A DNA stretch of 64,000 bases, taken from contig JAUCBJ010003953.1 of assembly GCA_032718475.1 (NCBI GenBank), positions 1 through 64,000 on the forward strand. The letters are read 5' to 3'. The notes below the pieces were generated by a model. That model made no database searches. It saw nothing but the letters and a program-made list of their open reading frames with translations, and had not been told where the DNA came from. The translations under genes were made by a program, and so were the position numbers. Shown here piece by piece: positions 25,551-38,600 of this stretch (the first letter of the stretch is position 1; each line of letters begins with the position of its first letter). The stretch comes from Nemertoderma westbladi. Its lineage: Eukaryota; Animalia; Xenacoelomorpha.

Positions 25551-25682
25551 TATTTTCAACCCGGGTTGATATTATTTTCAACCCGGGTTGATATTATTTT
25601 CAACCCGGGTTGATATTATTTTCAACCCGGGTTGATATTATTTTCAACCCGGGTTGATATTATTTTCAACCCGGGTTGAAAT
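25551..25682. repeat. 22-bp tandem repeat x6 with palindromic core TCAACCCGGGTTGA
   Basis: TATTTTCAACCCGGGTTGATAT repeated head-to-tail with no spacers. Confidence 0.95.
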
Positions 25683-25883
25683 TAAAAAAAAAACGCTTAA
25701 TTAATATTGTTTGGCCGCTTTCAGCCACCGTACAGACCTGTTGAACATACATTATATATATGTTTAGTATTCTTATTATTTAGTACGAATAGGTCGGAAC
25801 TTATTTTCATTTTGCCTTTATTATATACTTCTAAATACTTTCTGAAATTACAGCTAGCATTTACTAATGATAGCAATCTGAGC

Positions 25884-26001
25884 TAAACAGTGAAATCAAG
25901 GATTTTATCCATGGAACACGCCTCATTGGTAGATTGTCTACTGACAATCTACCAATAAGGAGTCAGTGTTCCATGGATTAAATCCTTGATTTCACTGTTT
26001 A
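25884..26001. repeat. Near-perfect 118-bp palindrome/hairpin
   Basis: TAAACAGTGAAATCAAGGATTTTATCCATGGAACAC...TTGGTAGATTGTC, then loop TACT, then GACAATCTACCAA...GTGTTCCATGGATTAAATCCTTGATTTCACTGTTTA. Confidence 0.9.
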
Positions 26002-26004
26002 TTC

Positions 26005-26150
26005 GACGCAATAATAATAATTCATCCCTCTCCAGGGAAAATTTGACGCAAATACCGTAGTAACCTGTTCTATTATTGACTTTAGTTTATTGTTTTGGTT
26101 AGAATAACGTAATAAATATTGATTCGAGGAGGCGAGATGGGTTTTTTTTT
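26005..26150. mobile_element. Degenerate copy of the small MITE at 52901-53046
   Basis: Shares GACGCAATA...AATTCAT.CCTCTCCAG.G.AAATT.GACGCAAATA with 52907-52952. Carries the reverse-strand core GTTTATTGTTTTGGTTAGAA. Confidence 0.6.
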
Positions 26151-27599
26151 AAATGACATTTTTAGCGTATTTATATACGCCAGTTTACAATAATCAATGC
26201 CCATCCAAACACTAGGCCTATAGTAAATATACATTATTACTATTTTGACCAACCCCACCGCCACCACCACATTCATTATTTTTATAACCCAATAATTAAT
26301 CTTGCTTTTTTCTCGTGCAGATTTTCCTATTTGAATGGATTTAATTGACCTGATAAAATATGAACTGCATCATAACGGAATGAAGTTCTCAAAATATTTA
26401 ATAAAGGCGAATCATTTACAATACCGACAACCACTTAGTGAGTCGACACGCGTAAACGAATCGAATTGACAGAAGTGGGTCGGCAACTGATGAAGGACTG
26501 ACACAAACTAACTAACCACTCAATGTAAATAATTACACCCGAGCTAATGAACCCTACCTCCGCGTACTAATTGTCATCTCGAGCAGACACTCAAAGTGCC
26601 TTTCTAGATAGTGCCGACGGCATGATACGGCGGCCAGCACATCCATAGCAACGCCATGGAAATCAACCTAAAGTTAACGTGCAAGTTAATTACACATGAC
26701 CAATCCTTCCCCGACACACTGATTCGTGCCCGTAGTTCCGGGAACAGCCTCAAGGAATTCCTACTTATTAAACCACCGCCAATTCTACGGTATTCACCTG
26801 ACTATTTGGCCTTCAAAACGGCGATAGATAAAACGTTTTGTGTGAAGCAACTCGCATAAAGGTTGACGTTGAGTGGACTTTTAGGCTAATGGTCTCGCGA
26901 GCCGCTGCCTTAGAGATAGAGGGACGCCAAGGAAGGATATTGGGGGTTAGATAAGGTTCTCTGGCAATCTCAACGTCTCCACCCATATCGCTTCGCAGTG
27001 ACAGTGGACTCCAACTGATTGCGGAGGCCACTTACGCATCATCCTCCGGCTTACATGGGAATTAATGAAAGCCTGTCGGTCCACTATAACGCACCTGTGT
27101 GATTGACTCCTTCCTAAAATTGAACTGACGGTAGCTGCTCTGCTGCAGGGGAAACTGGTTGTCAAATACAAACTCACGGACAAGAAAATAAATGATAATA
27201 TTATCCGTCGAAGATGGAACCTCACTAATTTAGCAGCTATAATTATTTGTTTATCAATTAAAAAATAACTAAAAATTACGGGAATCATTTGTAAGTAAAT
27301 TATTACCGATTGGAAAATTGGTACCGGTACCTAATTTATCAATATAATTCCAGACAAACAGTAAATTTGAGTTTGTCTTTCTTTATATTATATTAACTGT
27401 TTTAGGGGTCTTAACTAACCTCGAATGATAGGATTATTTTATCGAAATTAAATTATATTATTTATTTACAATATGAGTTTTGAATTTACATTTTTTCTTA
27501 ATTTGAGTTTTGAGGGACTAATCCTAAAACACATGCGTAATTTTAACCGGGTGGTTTACCTACAAATTTAGGAATCGCGCAATTTCATTAAATCTCATA

Positions 27600-27701
27600 T
27601 CTCTCCAAACCAGGGATGCTTCTCGACCTTACTAGGTCCCATCAGCGAGGTGTCTGTTTCGAACCTGGGACCTCACAGTATAAGACAACCACTAGGTCAC
27701 A
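27600..27701 (-). mobile_element. Possible degenerate tRNA-derived SINE head
   Basis: Minus strand reads TGTGACCTAGTGGTT...GAGGTCCCAGGTTCGAAAC, giving A-box-like and B-box-like motifs at tRNA-like spacing. Confidence 0.4.
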
Positions 27702-28589
27702 GGTCCACATGTGATTTTCGGTAAAATTAACTTACCATTCGAGGTTAAGACCTGAGGTTCGTCTATATACGATAATCAATGTGTAAATTGGGTGGTTGAC
27801 TTTCTACTTTTAAATACAATTACGTGAACTAATAATACGTTACTTGGCCCTACCCGTAGAATGAAGTCGAGATGAGCCTTTGCGGCTTTGCGTATCCGTA
27901 TAATTAATGGATCAGATCACTCTTACCAAATTTCAGATGAATCTGATGGTTGGTTCTATAATTATAATGCTTCTATAAATAGTCTAGTGGAGTAGAGAAT
28001 GCCTAAACTTTAGATAGTCTACTGTATATACACATGTACCAAGTTTGGTTACATTTCATCAAAGATTGGCAGACTTATTAGCCTTCAAAAATTTCAAACG
28101 ACAACCAACTCCAGACGGTCCACTAATTATATCGCTACGAACCGTTCACCTAGATTTTGTGGCTCGCCCCACACATAGATTAGATACATTTTATTTATAT
28201 ATTTTTTACAGATATAAAGATAGTTATTTGGGGAATGGAAGGATAAGATACGATACGTTTTGTACGTATTTTGTTAATTTTTAGGAAATACAAGAGGATA
28301 AGAAAAATACAAGAGCCCTTTTTTCCAAATGTTTTTCTAAGTAATTAAACATGCAGTAGTTTCTGCTCTACTAAATCGGTAATATCATATAATCCTTCAC
28401 TGATGGCCCCCAGGTTTGACTTCCACGTCAAAGCGGCAACGAACACCCGGTCGGGTCGACAAGGTGTTGACCAGATCGACAATGATCTCATATCTCTTTA
28501 AGTATGCAATATATAATACAAACTAACTCATTCAGTGAACCAAAGCAATTAATAACTTTATAACACGAGTGTTATCAGATCTCTAAAAT

Positions 28590-28844
28590 TACATTGATAG
28601 TCTCTATAAAGCTGCATTACCAAGTACATTGATAGCGTCTATAATGCTGCATTACCAAGTACATTGATAGTCTCTATAATGCTGCATTTCCAAGTACATC
28701 GATAGTGTCGATAATGCTGCATTACCAAGTACATTGATAGTCTCTATAATGCTGCATTACCAAGTACATTGATAGTCTCTATAATGCTGCATTACCAAGT
28801 ACATTGATAGTCTCTATAATGCTTTATTACCAAATACATTGATA
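28590..28844. repeat. Minisatellite, 35-bp unit TACATTGATAGTCTCTATAATGCTGCATTACCAAG, about 7 copies
   Basis: Direct tandem periodicity. Confidence 0.95.
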
Positions 28845-29614
28845 CACGATTACAGCTTGGAATATGAGAAGTCCAAGCTCTTCTCATAGTAATAATGTAT
28901 TCTAACATGAATTTTTAACTAACCGGGTAACATTACTATCATCACGGAGCTTGGAAAGAAACCGACAATACTAGCAATGAGATAGACAATAGAAGTGAGA
29001 TCAATAATATTACTTAATAAGGAACGCCCGCCATTGTATTTGAAGTACCAGGTGCATAAACAAAACCGAGTATTCGTTGAAACAGGCAGGCAGTAATGGG
29101 ATCAGATATTGCATTTGGCTGCTGAAAATATAATCCATATTCAAGATTTGACATAACCAAGGTCCAATCCCGCACCATGTTGTTGTAAACTTTTTATAAA
29201 TCAGAAAAATGCCGATAACAATATTGTACACTAACGATCGAGGCAAAGCAAGGTTCCAACAAAAACCCGAAGAAGAACCCCGAAAAAATCAAAGGAAAAT
29301 AAATATAAAATTACTCAGCACTGACCTTATAAGTATTTATTTAGTAAGAGATTGATTGGCCACTGAGCAATAGAGATGACAATGTTAAATGGCAAAACTT
29401 AACCTGTAAACTTGCAATAATGATGTTTACGAATTTAATATCAAAAATCTAAAGACAGTGCTTTTGTTATATTTTTAGATTGGTTATGCGCCAGATACCA
29501 TGCCTCTCACCCAACCCATCAAGTAATAGTTGCACATGAGAAGTGTCAAACACGCCAAATTTATTCAATTATTAGGCCGCATAGTACACCGTCAACCGGA
29601 CAGTTTAAAAGTCC

Positions 29615-32600
29615 TGTTGGGCAGTGAGAAGGAGTCATACTTGTGGGGGTGGTGTTGGGTTGTTAGAAGGAGTCATACTTGTGAGGGTGGTGTTGGTGTT
29701 GGGCTATAAGAAGGAGTCATACATGTGAGGGTGGTGTTGGGCTGTAAGAAGGATTCATACATGTGAGGGTGGTGTTGGGTTGTTAGAAGGAGTCATACTT
29801 GTGAGGGTGGTGTTGGTGTTGGGCTATAAGAAGGAGTCATACATGTGAGGGTGGTGTTGGGCAGTAAGAAGGAGTCATACTTGTGGGGGTGGTGTTGGGT
29901 TGTTAGAAGGAGTCATACTTGTGAGGGTGGTGTTGGTGTTGGGCTATAAGAAGGAGTCATACATGTGAGGGTGGTGTTGGGCAGTAAGAAGGAGTCATAC
30001 TTGTGGGGGTGGTGTTGGGTTGTTAGAAGGAGTCATACTTGTGAGGGTGGTGTTGGTGTTGGGCTATAAGAAGGAGTCATACATGTGAGGGTGGTGTTGG
30101 GCTGTAAGAAGGATTCATACATCTGAGGGTGGTGTTAGGCAGTGAGAAGGAGTCATACATGTGAGGGTGGTGTTGGGCTGTAAGAAGGAGTCATACATGT
30201 GAGGGTGGTGTTGGTGTTGGGCTGTAAGAAGGAGTCATACATGTGAGGGTGGTGTTGGGCTGTAAGAAGGATTCATACATCTGAGGGTGGTGTTGGGCTG
30301 TAAGAAGGAGTCATCCTTGTGGGGGTGGTGTTGGGTTGTTAGAAGGAGTCATACTTGTGAGGGTGGTGTTGGTGTTGGGCTATAAGAAGGAGTCATACAT
30401 GTGAGGGTGGTGTTGGGCAGTAAGAAGGAGTCATACTTGTGGGGGTGGTGTTGGGTTGTTAGAAGGAGTCATACTTGTGAGGGTGGTGTTGGTGTTGGGC
30501 TATAAGAAGGAGTCATACATGTGAGGGTGGTGTTGGGCAGTAAGAAGGAGTCATACTTGTGGGGGTGGTGTTGGGTTGTTAGAAGGAGTCATACTTGTGA
30601 GGGTGGTGTTGGTGTTGGGCTATAAGAAGGAGTCATACATGTGAGGGTGGTGTTGGGCTGTAAGAAGGATTCATACATCTGAGGGTGGTGTTAGGCAGTG
30701 AGAAGGAGTCATACATGTGAGGGTGGTGTTGGGCTGTAAGAAGGAGTCATACATGTGAGGGTGGTGTTGGTGTTGGGCTGTAAGAAGGAGTCATACATGT
30801 GAGGGTGGTGTTGGGCTGTAAGAAGGATTCATACATCTGAGGGTGGTGTTGGGCTGTAAGAAGGAGTCATCCTTGTGGGGGTGGTGTTGGGTTGTTAGAA
30901 GGAGTCATACATGTGAGGGTGGTGTTGGGCTGTAAGGAGTCATACTTGTGAGGGTGGTGTTGGGCTGTAAGAAGGAGTCATACTTGTGAGGGTGGTGTTG
31001 GTGTTGGGCTGTAAGAAGGAGTCATACATGTGAGGGTGGTGTTGGGCTGTAAGAAGGATTCATACATCTGAGGGTGGTGTTGGGCTGTAAGAAGGAGTCA
31101 TCCTTGTGGGGGTGGTGTTGGGTTGTTAGAAGGAGTCATACATGTGAGGGTGGTGTTGGGCTGTAAGGAGTCATACTTGTGAGGGTGGTGTTGGGCTGTA
31201 AGAAGGAGTCATATATGTGATGGTGGTGTTGGGCTTTAAGAAGGAGTCATACATGTTAGGGTGGTGTTAGGCAGTGAGAAGGAGTCATACATGTGAGGGT
31301 GGTGTTAGGCAGTGAGAAGGAGTCATACATGTGAGGGTGGTGTTGGGCTGTAAGAAGGAGTCATACATGTGAGGGTGGTGTTGGTGTTGGGCTGTAAGAA
31401 GGAGTCATACATGTGAGGGTGGTGTTGGGCTGTAAGAAGGATTCATACATCTGAGGGTGGTGTTGGGCTGTAAGAAGGAGTCATCCTTGTGGGGGTGGTG
31501 TTGGGTTGTTAGAAGGAGTCATACATGTGAGGGTGGTGTTGGGCTGTAAGAAGGATTCATACATCTGAGGGTGGTGTTGGGCTGTAAGAAGGAGTCATCC
31601 TTGTGGGGGTGGTGTTGGGTTGTTAGAAGGAGTCATACATGTGAGGGTGGTGTTGGGCTGTAAGGAGTCATACTTGTGAGGGTGGTGTTGGGCTGTAAGA
31701 AGGAGTCATATATGTGATGGTGGTGTTGGGCTTTAAGAAGGAGTCATACATGTGAGGGTGGTGTTGGGGTGTAAGAAGGAGTCATACATGTGAGGGTGGT
31801 GTTGGGCTGTAAGAAGGAGTCATACATGTGAGGGTGGTGTTGGGCTTTAAGAAGGAGTCATACATGTGAGGGTGGTGTTGGGCTGTAAGAAGGAGTCATA
31901 CATGTGAGGGTGGTGTTGGGCTGTAAGAAGGAGTCATACTTGTGAGGGTTGTGTTGGGGTGTAAGAAGGAGTCATACATGTGAGGGTGGTGTTGGGTTGT
32001 TAGAAGGAGTCATACATGTGAGGGTGGTGTTGGGCTGTAAGGAGTCATCCTTGTGAGGGTGGTGTTTGGGTGTAAGAAGGACCCATACATGTGAGGGTGG
32101 TGTTGGGCTGTAAGAAGGAGTCATACTTGTGAGGGTGGTGTTGGGCTGTAAGAAGGAGTCATACATGTGAGGGTGGTGTTGGGCTGTAAGAAGGAGTCAT
32201 ACTTGTGAGGGTTGTGTTGGGGTGTAAGAAGGAGTCATACATGTGAGGGTGGTGTTGGGCTGTAAGAAGGAGTCATACATGTGAGGGTGGTGTTGGGCTG
32301 TAAGAAGGAGTCATCCTTGTGAGGGTGGTGTTGGGTTGTTAGAAGGAGTCATACATGTGAGGGTGGTGTTGGGCTGTAAGAAGGAGTCATACATGTGAGG
32401 GTGGTGTTGGGCTGTAAGGAGTCATACTTGTGAGGGTGGTGTTTGGGTGTAAGAAGGACCCATACATGTGAGGGTGGTGTTGGGCTGTAAGAAGGAGTCA
32501 TACATGTGAGGGTGGTGTTGGGCTGTAAGAAGAAGTCATCCTTATGAGGGTGGTGTTGGGTTGTTAGAAGGAGTTATACATGTGAGGGTGGTGTTGGGCT

Positions 32601-35600
32601 GTAAGAAGGAGTCATACATGTGAGGGTGGTGTTGGGCTTAAGAAGGAGTCATACTTGTGAGGGTGGTGTTGGGCTGTAAGAAGGAGTCATCCTTGTGAGG
32701 GTGGTGTTGGGTTGTTAGAAGGAGTCATACATGTGAGGGTGGTGTTGGGCAGTAAGAAGGAGTCATACATGTGAGGGTGGTGTTGGGCTGTAAGAAGGAG
32801 TCATACTTGTGAGGGTGGTGTTGGGCTGTAAGAAGGAGTCATACATGTGAGGGTGGTGTTGGGGTGTAAGAAGGAGTCATACATGTGAGGGTGGTGTTGG
32901 GCTTTAAGAAGGAGTCATACATGTGAGGGTGGTGTTGGGGTGTAAGAAGGAGTCATACATGTGAGGGTGGTGTTGGGCTGTAAGAAGGAGTCATACTTGT
33001 GAGGGTGGTGTTGGGCTGTAAGAAGGAGTCATACATGTGAGGGTGGTGTTGGGCAGTAAGAAGGAGTCATACTTGTGAGGGTGGTGTTGGGCTGTAAGAA
33101 GGAGTCATACTTGTGAGGGTGGTGTTGGGCTGTAAGAAGGAGTCATACATGTGAGGGTGGTGTTGGGCTGTAAGAAGGAGTCATACTTGTGAGGGTTGTG
33201 TTGGGGTGTAAGAAGGAGTCATACATGTGAGGGTGGTGTTGGGGTGTAAGAAGGAGTCATACATGTGAGGGTGGTGTTGGGCTTTAAGAAGGAGTCATAC
33301 TTGTGGGGGTGGTGTTGGGCTGTTAGAATGAGCCATACTTGTGAGGGTGGTGTTGGTGTTGGGCTATAAGAAGGAGTCATACATGTGAGGGTGGTGTTGG
33401 GCTGTAAGAAGGAGTCATACATGTGAGGGTGGTGTTGGGTTGTTAGAAGGAGTCATACATGTGAGGGTGGTGTTGGGTTGTTAGAAGGAGTCATACATGT
33501 GAGGGTGGTGTTGGGCTGTAAGAAGGAGTCATACATGTGAGGGTGGTGTTGGGCTTTAAGAAGGAGTCATACTTGTGGGGGTGGTGTTGGGCTGTTAGAA
33601 TGAGCCATACTTGTGAGGGTGGTGTTGGTGTTGGGCTATAAGAAGGAGTCATACATGTGAGGGTGGTGTTGGGCTGTAAGAAGGAGTCATACATGTGAGG
33701 GTGGTGTTGGGTTGTTAGAAGGAGTCATACATGTGAGGGTGGTGTTGGGCTGTAAGAAGGAGTCATACATGTGAGGGTGGTGTTGGGCTTTAAGAAGGAG
33801 TCATACTTGTGGGGGTGGTGTTGGGCTGTTAGAATGAGCCATACTTGTGAGGGTGGTGTTGGTGTTGGGCTATAAGAAGGAGTCATACATGTGAGGGTGG
33901 TGTTGGGCTGTAAGAAGGAGTCATACATGTGAGGGTGGTGTTGGGTTGTTAGAAGGAGTCATACATGTGAGGGTGGTGTTGGGCTGTAAGAAGGAGTCAT
34001 ACATGTGAGGGTGGTGTTGGTGTTGGGCTGTAAGAAGGAGTCATACATGTGAGGGTGGTGTTGGGCTTTAAGAAGGAGTCATACTTGTGGGGGTGGTGTT
34101 GGGCTGTTAGAATGAGCCATACTTGTGAGGGTGGTGTTGGTGTTGGGCTATAAGAAGGAGTCATACATGTGAGGGTGGTGTTGGGCTGTAAGAAGGAGTC
34201 ATACATGTGAGGGTGGTGTTGGGTTGTTAGAAGGAGTCATACTTGTGAGGGTGGTGTTGGTGTTGGGCTGTAAGAAGGAGTCATACATGTGAGGGTGGTG
34301 TTGGGCTGTAAGAAGAAGTCATACATGTGAGGGTGGTGTTGGGCTGTAAGAAGGAGTCATACTTGTGAGGGTGGTGTTGAGCTGTAAGAAGGAGTCATAC
34401 ATGTGAGGGTGGTGTTGGGGTGTAAGAAGGAGTCATACATGTGAGGGTGGTGTTGGGCTGTAAGAAGGAGTCATACTTGTGAGGGTGGTGTTGGGGTGTA
34501 CGAAGGAGTCATACATGTGAGGGTGGTGTTGGGATGTAAGAAGGAGTCATACATGTGAGGGTGGTGTTGGGCTGTAAGAAGGAGTCATACATGTGAGGGT
34601 GGTGTTGGGGTGTAAGAAGGAGTCATACATGTGAGGGTGGTGTTGGGCTGTAAGAAGGAGTCATACTTGTGAGGGTGGTGTTGGTGTGTAAGAAGGAGTC
34701 ATCCTTGTGAGGGTGGTGTTGGGCTGTAAGAAGGAGTCATACATGTGAGGGTGGTGTTGGTGTGTAAGAAGGAGTCATCCTTGTGAGGGTGGTGTTGGGT
34801 TGTTAGAAGGAGTCATACATGTGAGGGTGGTGTTGGGCTGTAAGAAGGAGTCATACATGTGAGGGTGGTGTTGGGCTGTAAGAAGGAGTCATACATGTGA
34901 GGGTGGTGTTGGGGTGTAAGAAGGAGTCATACATGTGAGGGTGGTGTTGGGCTGTAAGAAGGAGTCATACTTGTGAGGGTGGTGTTGGGGTGTACGAAGG
35001 AGTCATACATGTGAGGGTGGTGTTGGGCTGTAAGAAGGAGTCATACTTGTGAGGGTTGTGTTGGGGTGTAAGAAGGAGTCATACATGTGAGGGTGGTGTT
35101 GGGCTTTAAGAAGGAGTCATACATGTGAGGGTGGTGTTGGGCTGTAAGAAGGAGTCATACATGTGAGGGTGGTGTTGGGCTGTAAGGAGTCATACTTGTG
35201 AGGGTGGTGTTTGGGTGTAAGAAGGACCCATACATGTGAGGGTGGTGTTGGGCTGTAAGAAGGAGTCATACATGTGAGGGTGGTGTTGGGCTGTAAGAAG
35301 AAGTCATCCTTATGAGGGTGGTGTTGGGTTGTTAGAAGGAGTTATACATGTGAGGGTGGTGTTGGGCTGTAAGAAGGAGTCATACATGTGAGGGTGGTGT
35401 TGGGCTTAAGAAGGAGTCATACTTGTGAGGGTGGTGTTGGGCTTAAGAAGGAGTCATACTTGTGAGGGTGGTGTTGGGCTGTAAGAAGGAGTCATCCTTG
35501 TGAGGGTGGTGTTGGGTTGTTAGAAGGAGTCATACATGTGAGGGTGGTGTTGGGCTGTAAGAAGGAGTCATACATGTGAGGGTGGTGTTGGGCTGTAAGA

Positions 35601-38600
35601 AGGAGTCATACATGTGAGGGTGGTGTTGGGCAGTAAGAAGGAGTCATACATGTGAGGGTGGTGTTGGGCTGTAAGAAGGAGTCATACATGTGAGGGTGGT
35701 GTTGGGCTGTAAGAAGGAGTCATACTTGTGAGGGTGGTGTTGGGCAGTAAGAAGGAGTCATACATGTGAGGGTGGTGTTGGGCTGTAAGAAGGAGTCATA
35801 CTTGTGAGGGTGGTGTTGGGCTGTAAGAAGGAGTCATACATGTGAGGGTGGTGTTGGGCTGTAAGAAGGAGTCATACTTGTGAGGGTGGTGTTGGGCTGT
35901 AAGAAGGAGTCATACATGTGAGGGTGGTGTTGGGCTGTAAGAAGGAGTCATACATGTGAGGGTGGTGTTGGGCTGTAAGAAGGAGTCATACTTGTGAGGG
36001 TGGTGTTGGGCTGTAAGAAGGAGTCATACATGTGAGGGTGGTGTTGGGCAGTAAGAAGGAGTCATACATGTGAGGGTGGTGTTGGGCTGTAAGAAGGAGT
36101 CATACTTGTGAGGGTGGTGTTGAGTTGTAAGAAGGAGTCATACATGTGAGGGTGGTGTTGGGGTGTAAGAAGGAGTCATACATGTGAGGGTGGTGTTGGG
36201 CTGTAAGAAGGAGTCATACATGTGAGGGTGGTGTTGGGCTGTAAGAAGGAGTCATACTTGTGAGGGTTGTGTTGGGGTGTAAGAAGGAGTCATACATGTG
36301 AGGGTGGTGTTGGGGTGTAAGAAGGAGTCATACATGTGAGGGTGGTGTTGGGCTGTAAGAAGGAGTCATACATGTGAGGGTTGTGTTGGGCAGTGAGAAG
36401 GAGTCATACATGTGAGGGTGGTGTTGGGCTGTAAGAAGGAGTCATACATGTGAGGGTGGTGTTGGGCTGTAAGAAGGAGTCATACATGTGAGGGTGGTGT
36501 TGGGTTGTTAGAAGGAGTCATACATGTGAGGGTGGTGTTGGTGTTGGGCTATAAGAAGGAGTCATACATGTGAGGGTGGTGTTGGGCTTTAAGAAGGAGT
36601 CATACTTGTGGGGGTGGTGTTGGGCTGTTAGAATGAGCCATACTTGTGAGGGTGGTGTTGGTGTTGGGCTATAAGAAGGAGTCATACATGTGAGGGTGGT
36701 GTTGGGCTGTAAGAAGGAGTCATACATGTGAGGGTGGTGTTGGGTTGTTAGAAGGAGTCATACATGTGAGGGTGGTGTTGGGCTGTAAGAAGGAGTCATA
36801 CATGTGAGGGTGGTGTTGGGCTTTAAGAAGGAGTCATACTTGTGGGGGTGGTGTTGGGCTGTTAGAATGAGCCATACTTGTGAGGGTGGTGTTGGTGTTG
36901 GGCTATAAGAAGGAGTCATACATGTGAGGGTGGTGTTGGGCTGTAAGAAGGAGTCATACATGTGAGGGTGGTGTTGGGTTGTTAGAAGGAGTCATACATG
37001 TGAGGGTGGTGTTGGGCTGTAAGAAGGAGTCATACATGTGAGGGTGGTGTTGGGCTTTAAGAAGGAGTCATACTTGTGGGGGTGGTGTTGGGCTGTTAGA
37101 ATGAGCCATACTTGTGAGGGTGGTGTTGGTGTTGGGCTATAAGAAGGAGTCATACATGTGAGGGTGGTGTTGGGCTGTAAGAAGGAGTCATACATGTGAG
37201 GGTGGTGTTGGGTTGTTAGAAGGAGTCATACTTGTGAGGGTGGTGTTGGTGTTGGGCTGTAAGAAGGAGTCATACATGTGAGGGTGGTGTTGGGCTGTAA
37301 GAAGAAGTCATACATGTGAGGGTGGTGTTGGGCTGTAAGAAGGAGTCATACTTGTGAGGGTGGTGTTGAGCTGTAAGAAGGAGTCATACATGTGAGGGTG
37401 GTGTTGGGGTGTAAGAAGGAGTCATACATGTGAGGGTGGTGTTGGGCTGTAAGAAGGAGTCATACTTGTGAGGGTGGTGTTGGGGTGTACGAAGGAGTCA
37501 TACATGTGAGGGTGGTGTTGGGATGTAAGAAGGAGTCATCCTTGTGAGGGTGGTGTTGGGCTGTAAGAAGGAGTCATACATGTGAGGGTGGTGTTGGTGT
37601 GTAAGAAGGAGTCATACATGTGAGGGTGGTGTTGGGCTGTAAGAAGGAGTCATACATGTGAGGGTGGTGTTGGGCTGTAAGAAGGAGTCATACATGTGAG
37701 GGTGGTGTTGGGGTGTAAGAAGGAGTCATACATGTGAGGGTGGTGTTGGGCTGTAAGAAGGAGTCATACTTGTGAGGGTGGTGTTGGGGTGTACGAAGGA
37801 GTCATACATGTGAGGGTGGTGTTGGGCTGTAAGAAGGAGTCATCCTTGTGAGGGTGGTGTTGGGCTGTAAGAAGGAGTCATACATGTGAGGGTGGTGTTG
37901 GGCTGTAAGAAGGAGTCATACATGTGAGGGTGGTGTTGGGGTGTAAGAAGGAGTCATCCTTGTGAGGGTGGTGTTGGGCTGTAAGAATGAGTCATACATG
38001 TGAGGGTGGTGTTGGGCTGTAAGAAGGAGTCATACATGTGAGGGTGGTGTTGGGCTGAAAGAAGGAGTCATACATGTGATGGTGGTGTTGGGCTGTAAGA
38101 AGGAGTCATACTTGTGGGGGTGGTGTTGGGTTGTTAGAAGGAGTCATACATGTGAGGGTGGTGTTGGGCTGTAAGAAGGAGTCATACATGTGAGGGTGGT
38201 GTTGGGCTTTAAGAAGGAGTCATACTTGTGGGGGTGGTGTTGGGCTGTTAGAATGAGCCATACTTGTGAGGGTGGTGTTGGTGTTGGGCTATAAGAAGGA
38301 GTCATACATGTGAGGGTGGTGTTGGGCTGTAAGAAGAAGTCATACATGTGAGGGTGGTGTTGGGCAGTAAGAAGGAGTCATACATGTGAGGGTGGTGTTG
38401 GGCTGTAAGAAGGAGTCATACTTGTGAGGGTGGTGTTGAGTTGTAAGAAGGAGTCATACATGTGAGGGTGGTGTTGGGGTGTAAGAAGGAGTCATACATG
38501 TGAGGGTGGTGTTGGGCTGTAAGAAGGAGTCATACTTGTGAGGGTGGTGTTGGGGTGTACGAAGGAGTCATACATGTGAGGGTGGTGTTGGGGTGTAAGA

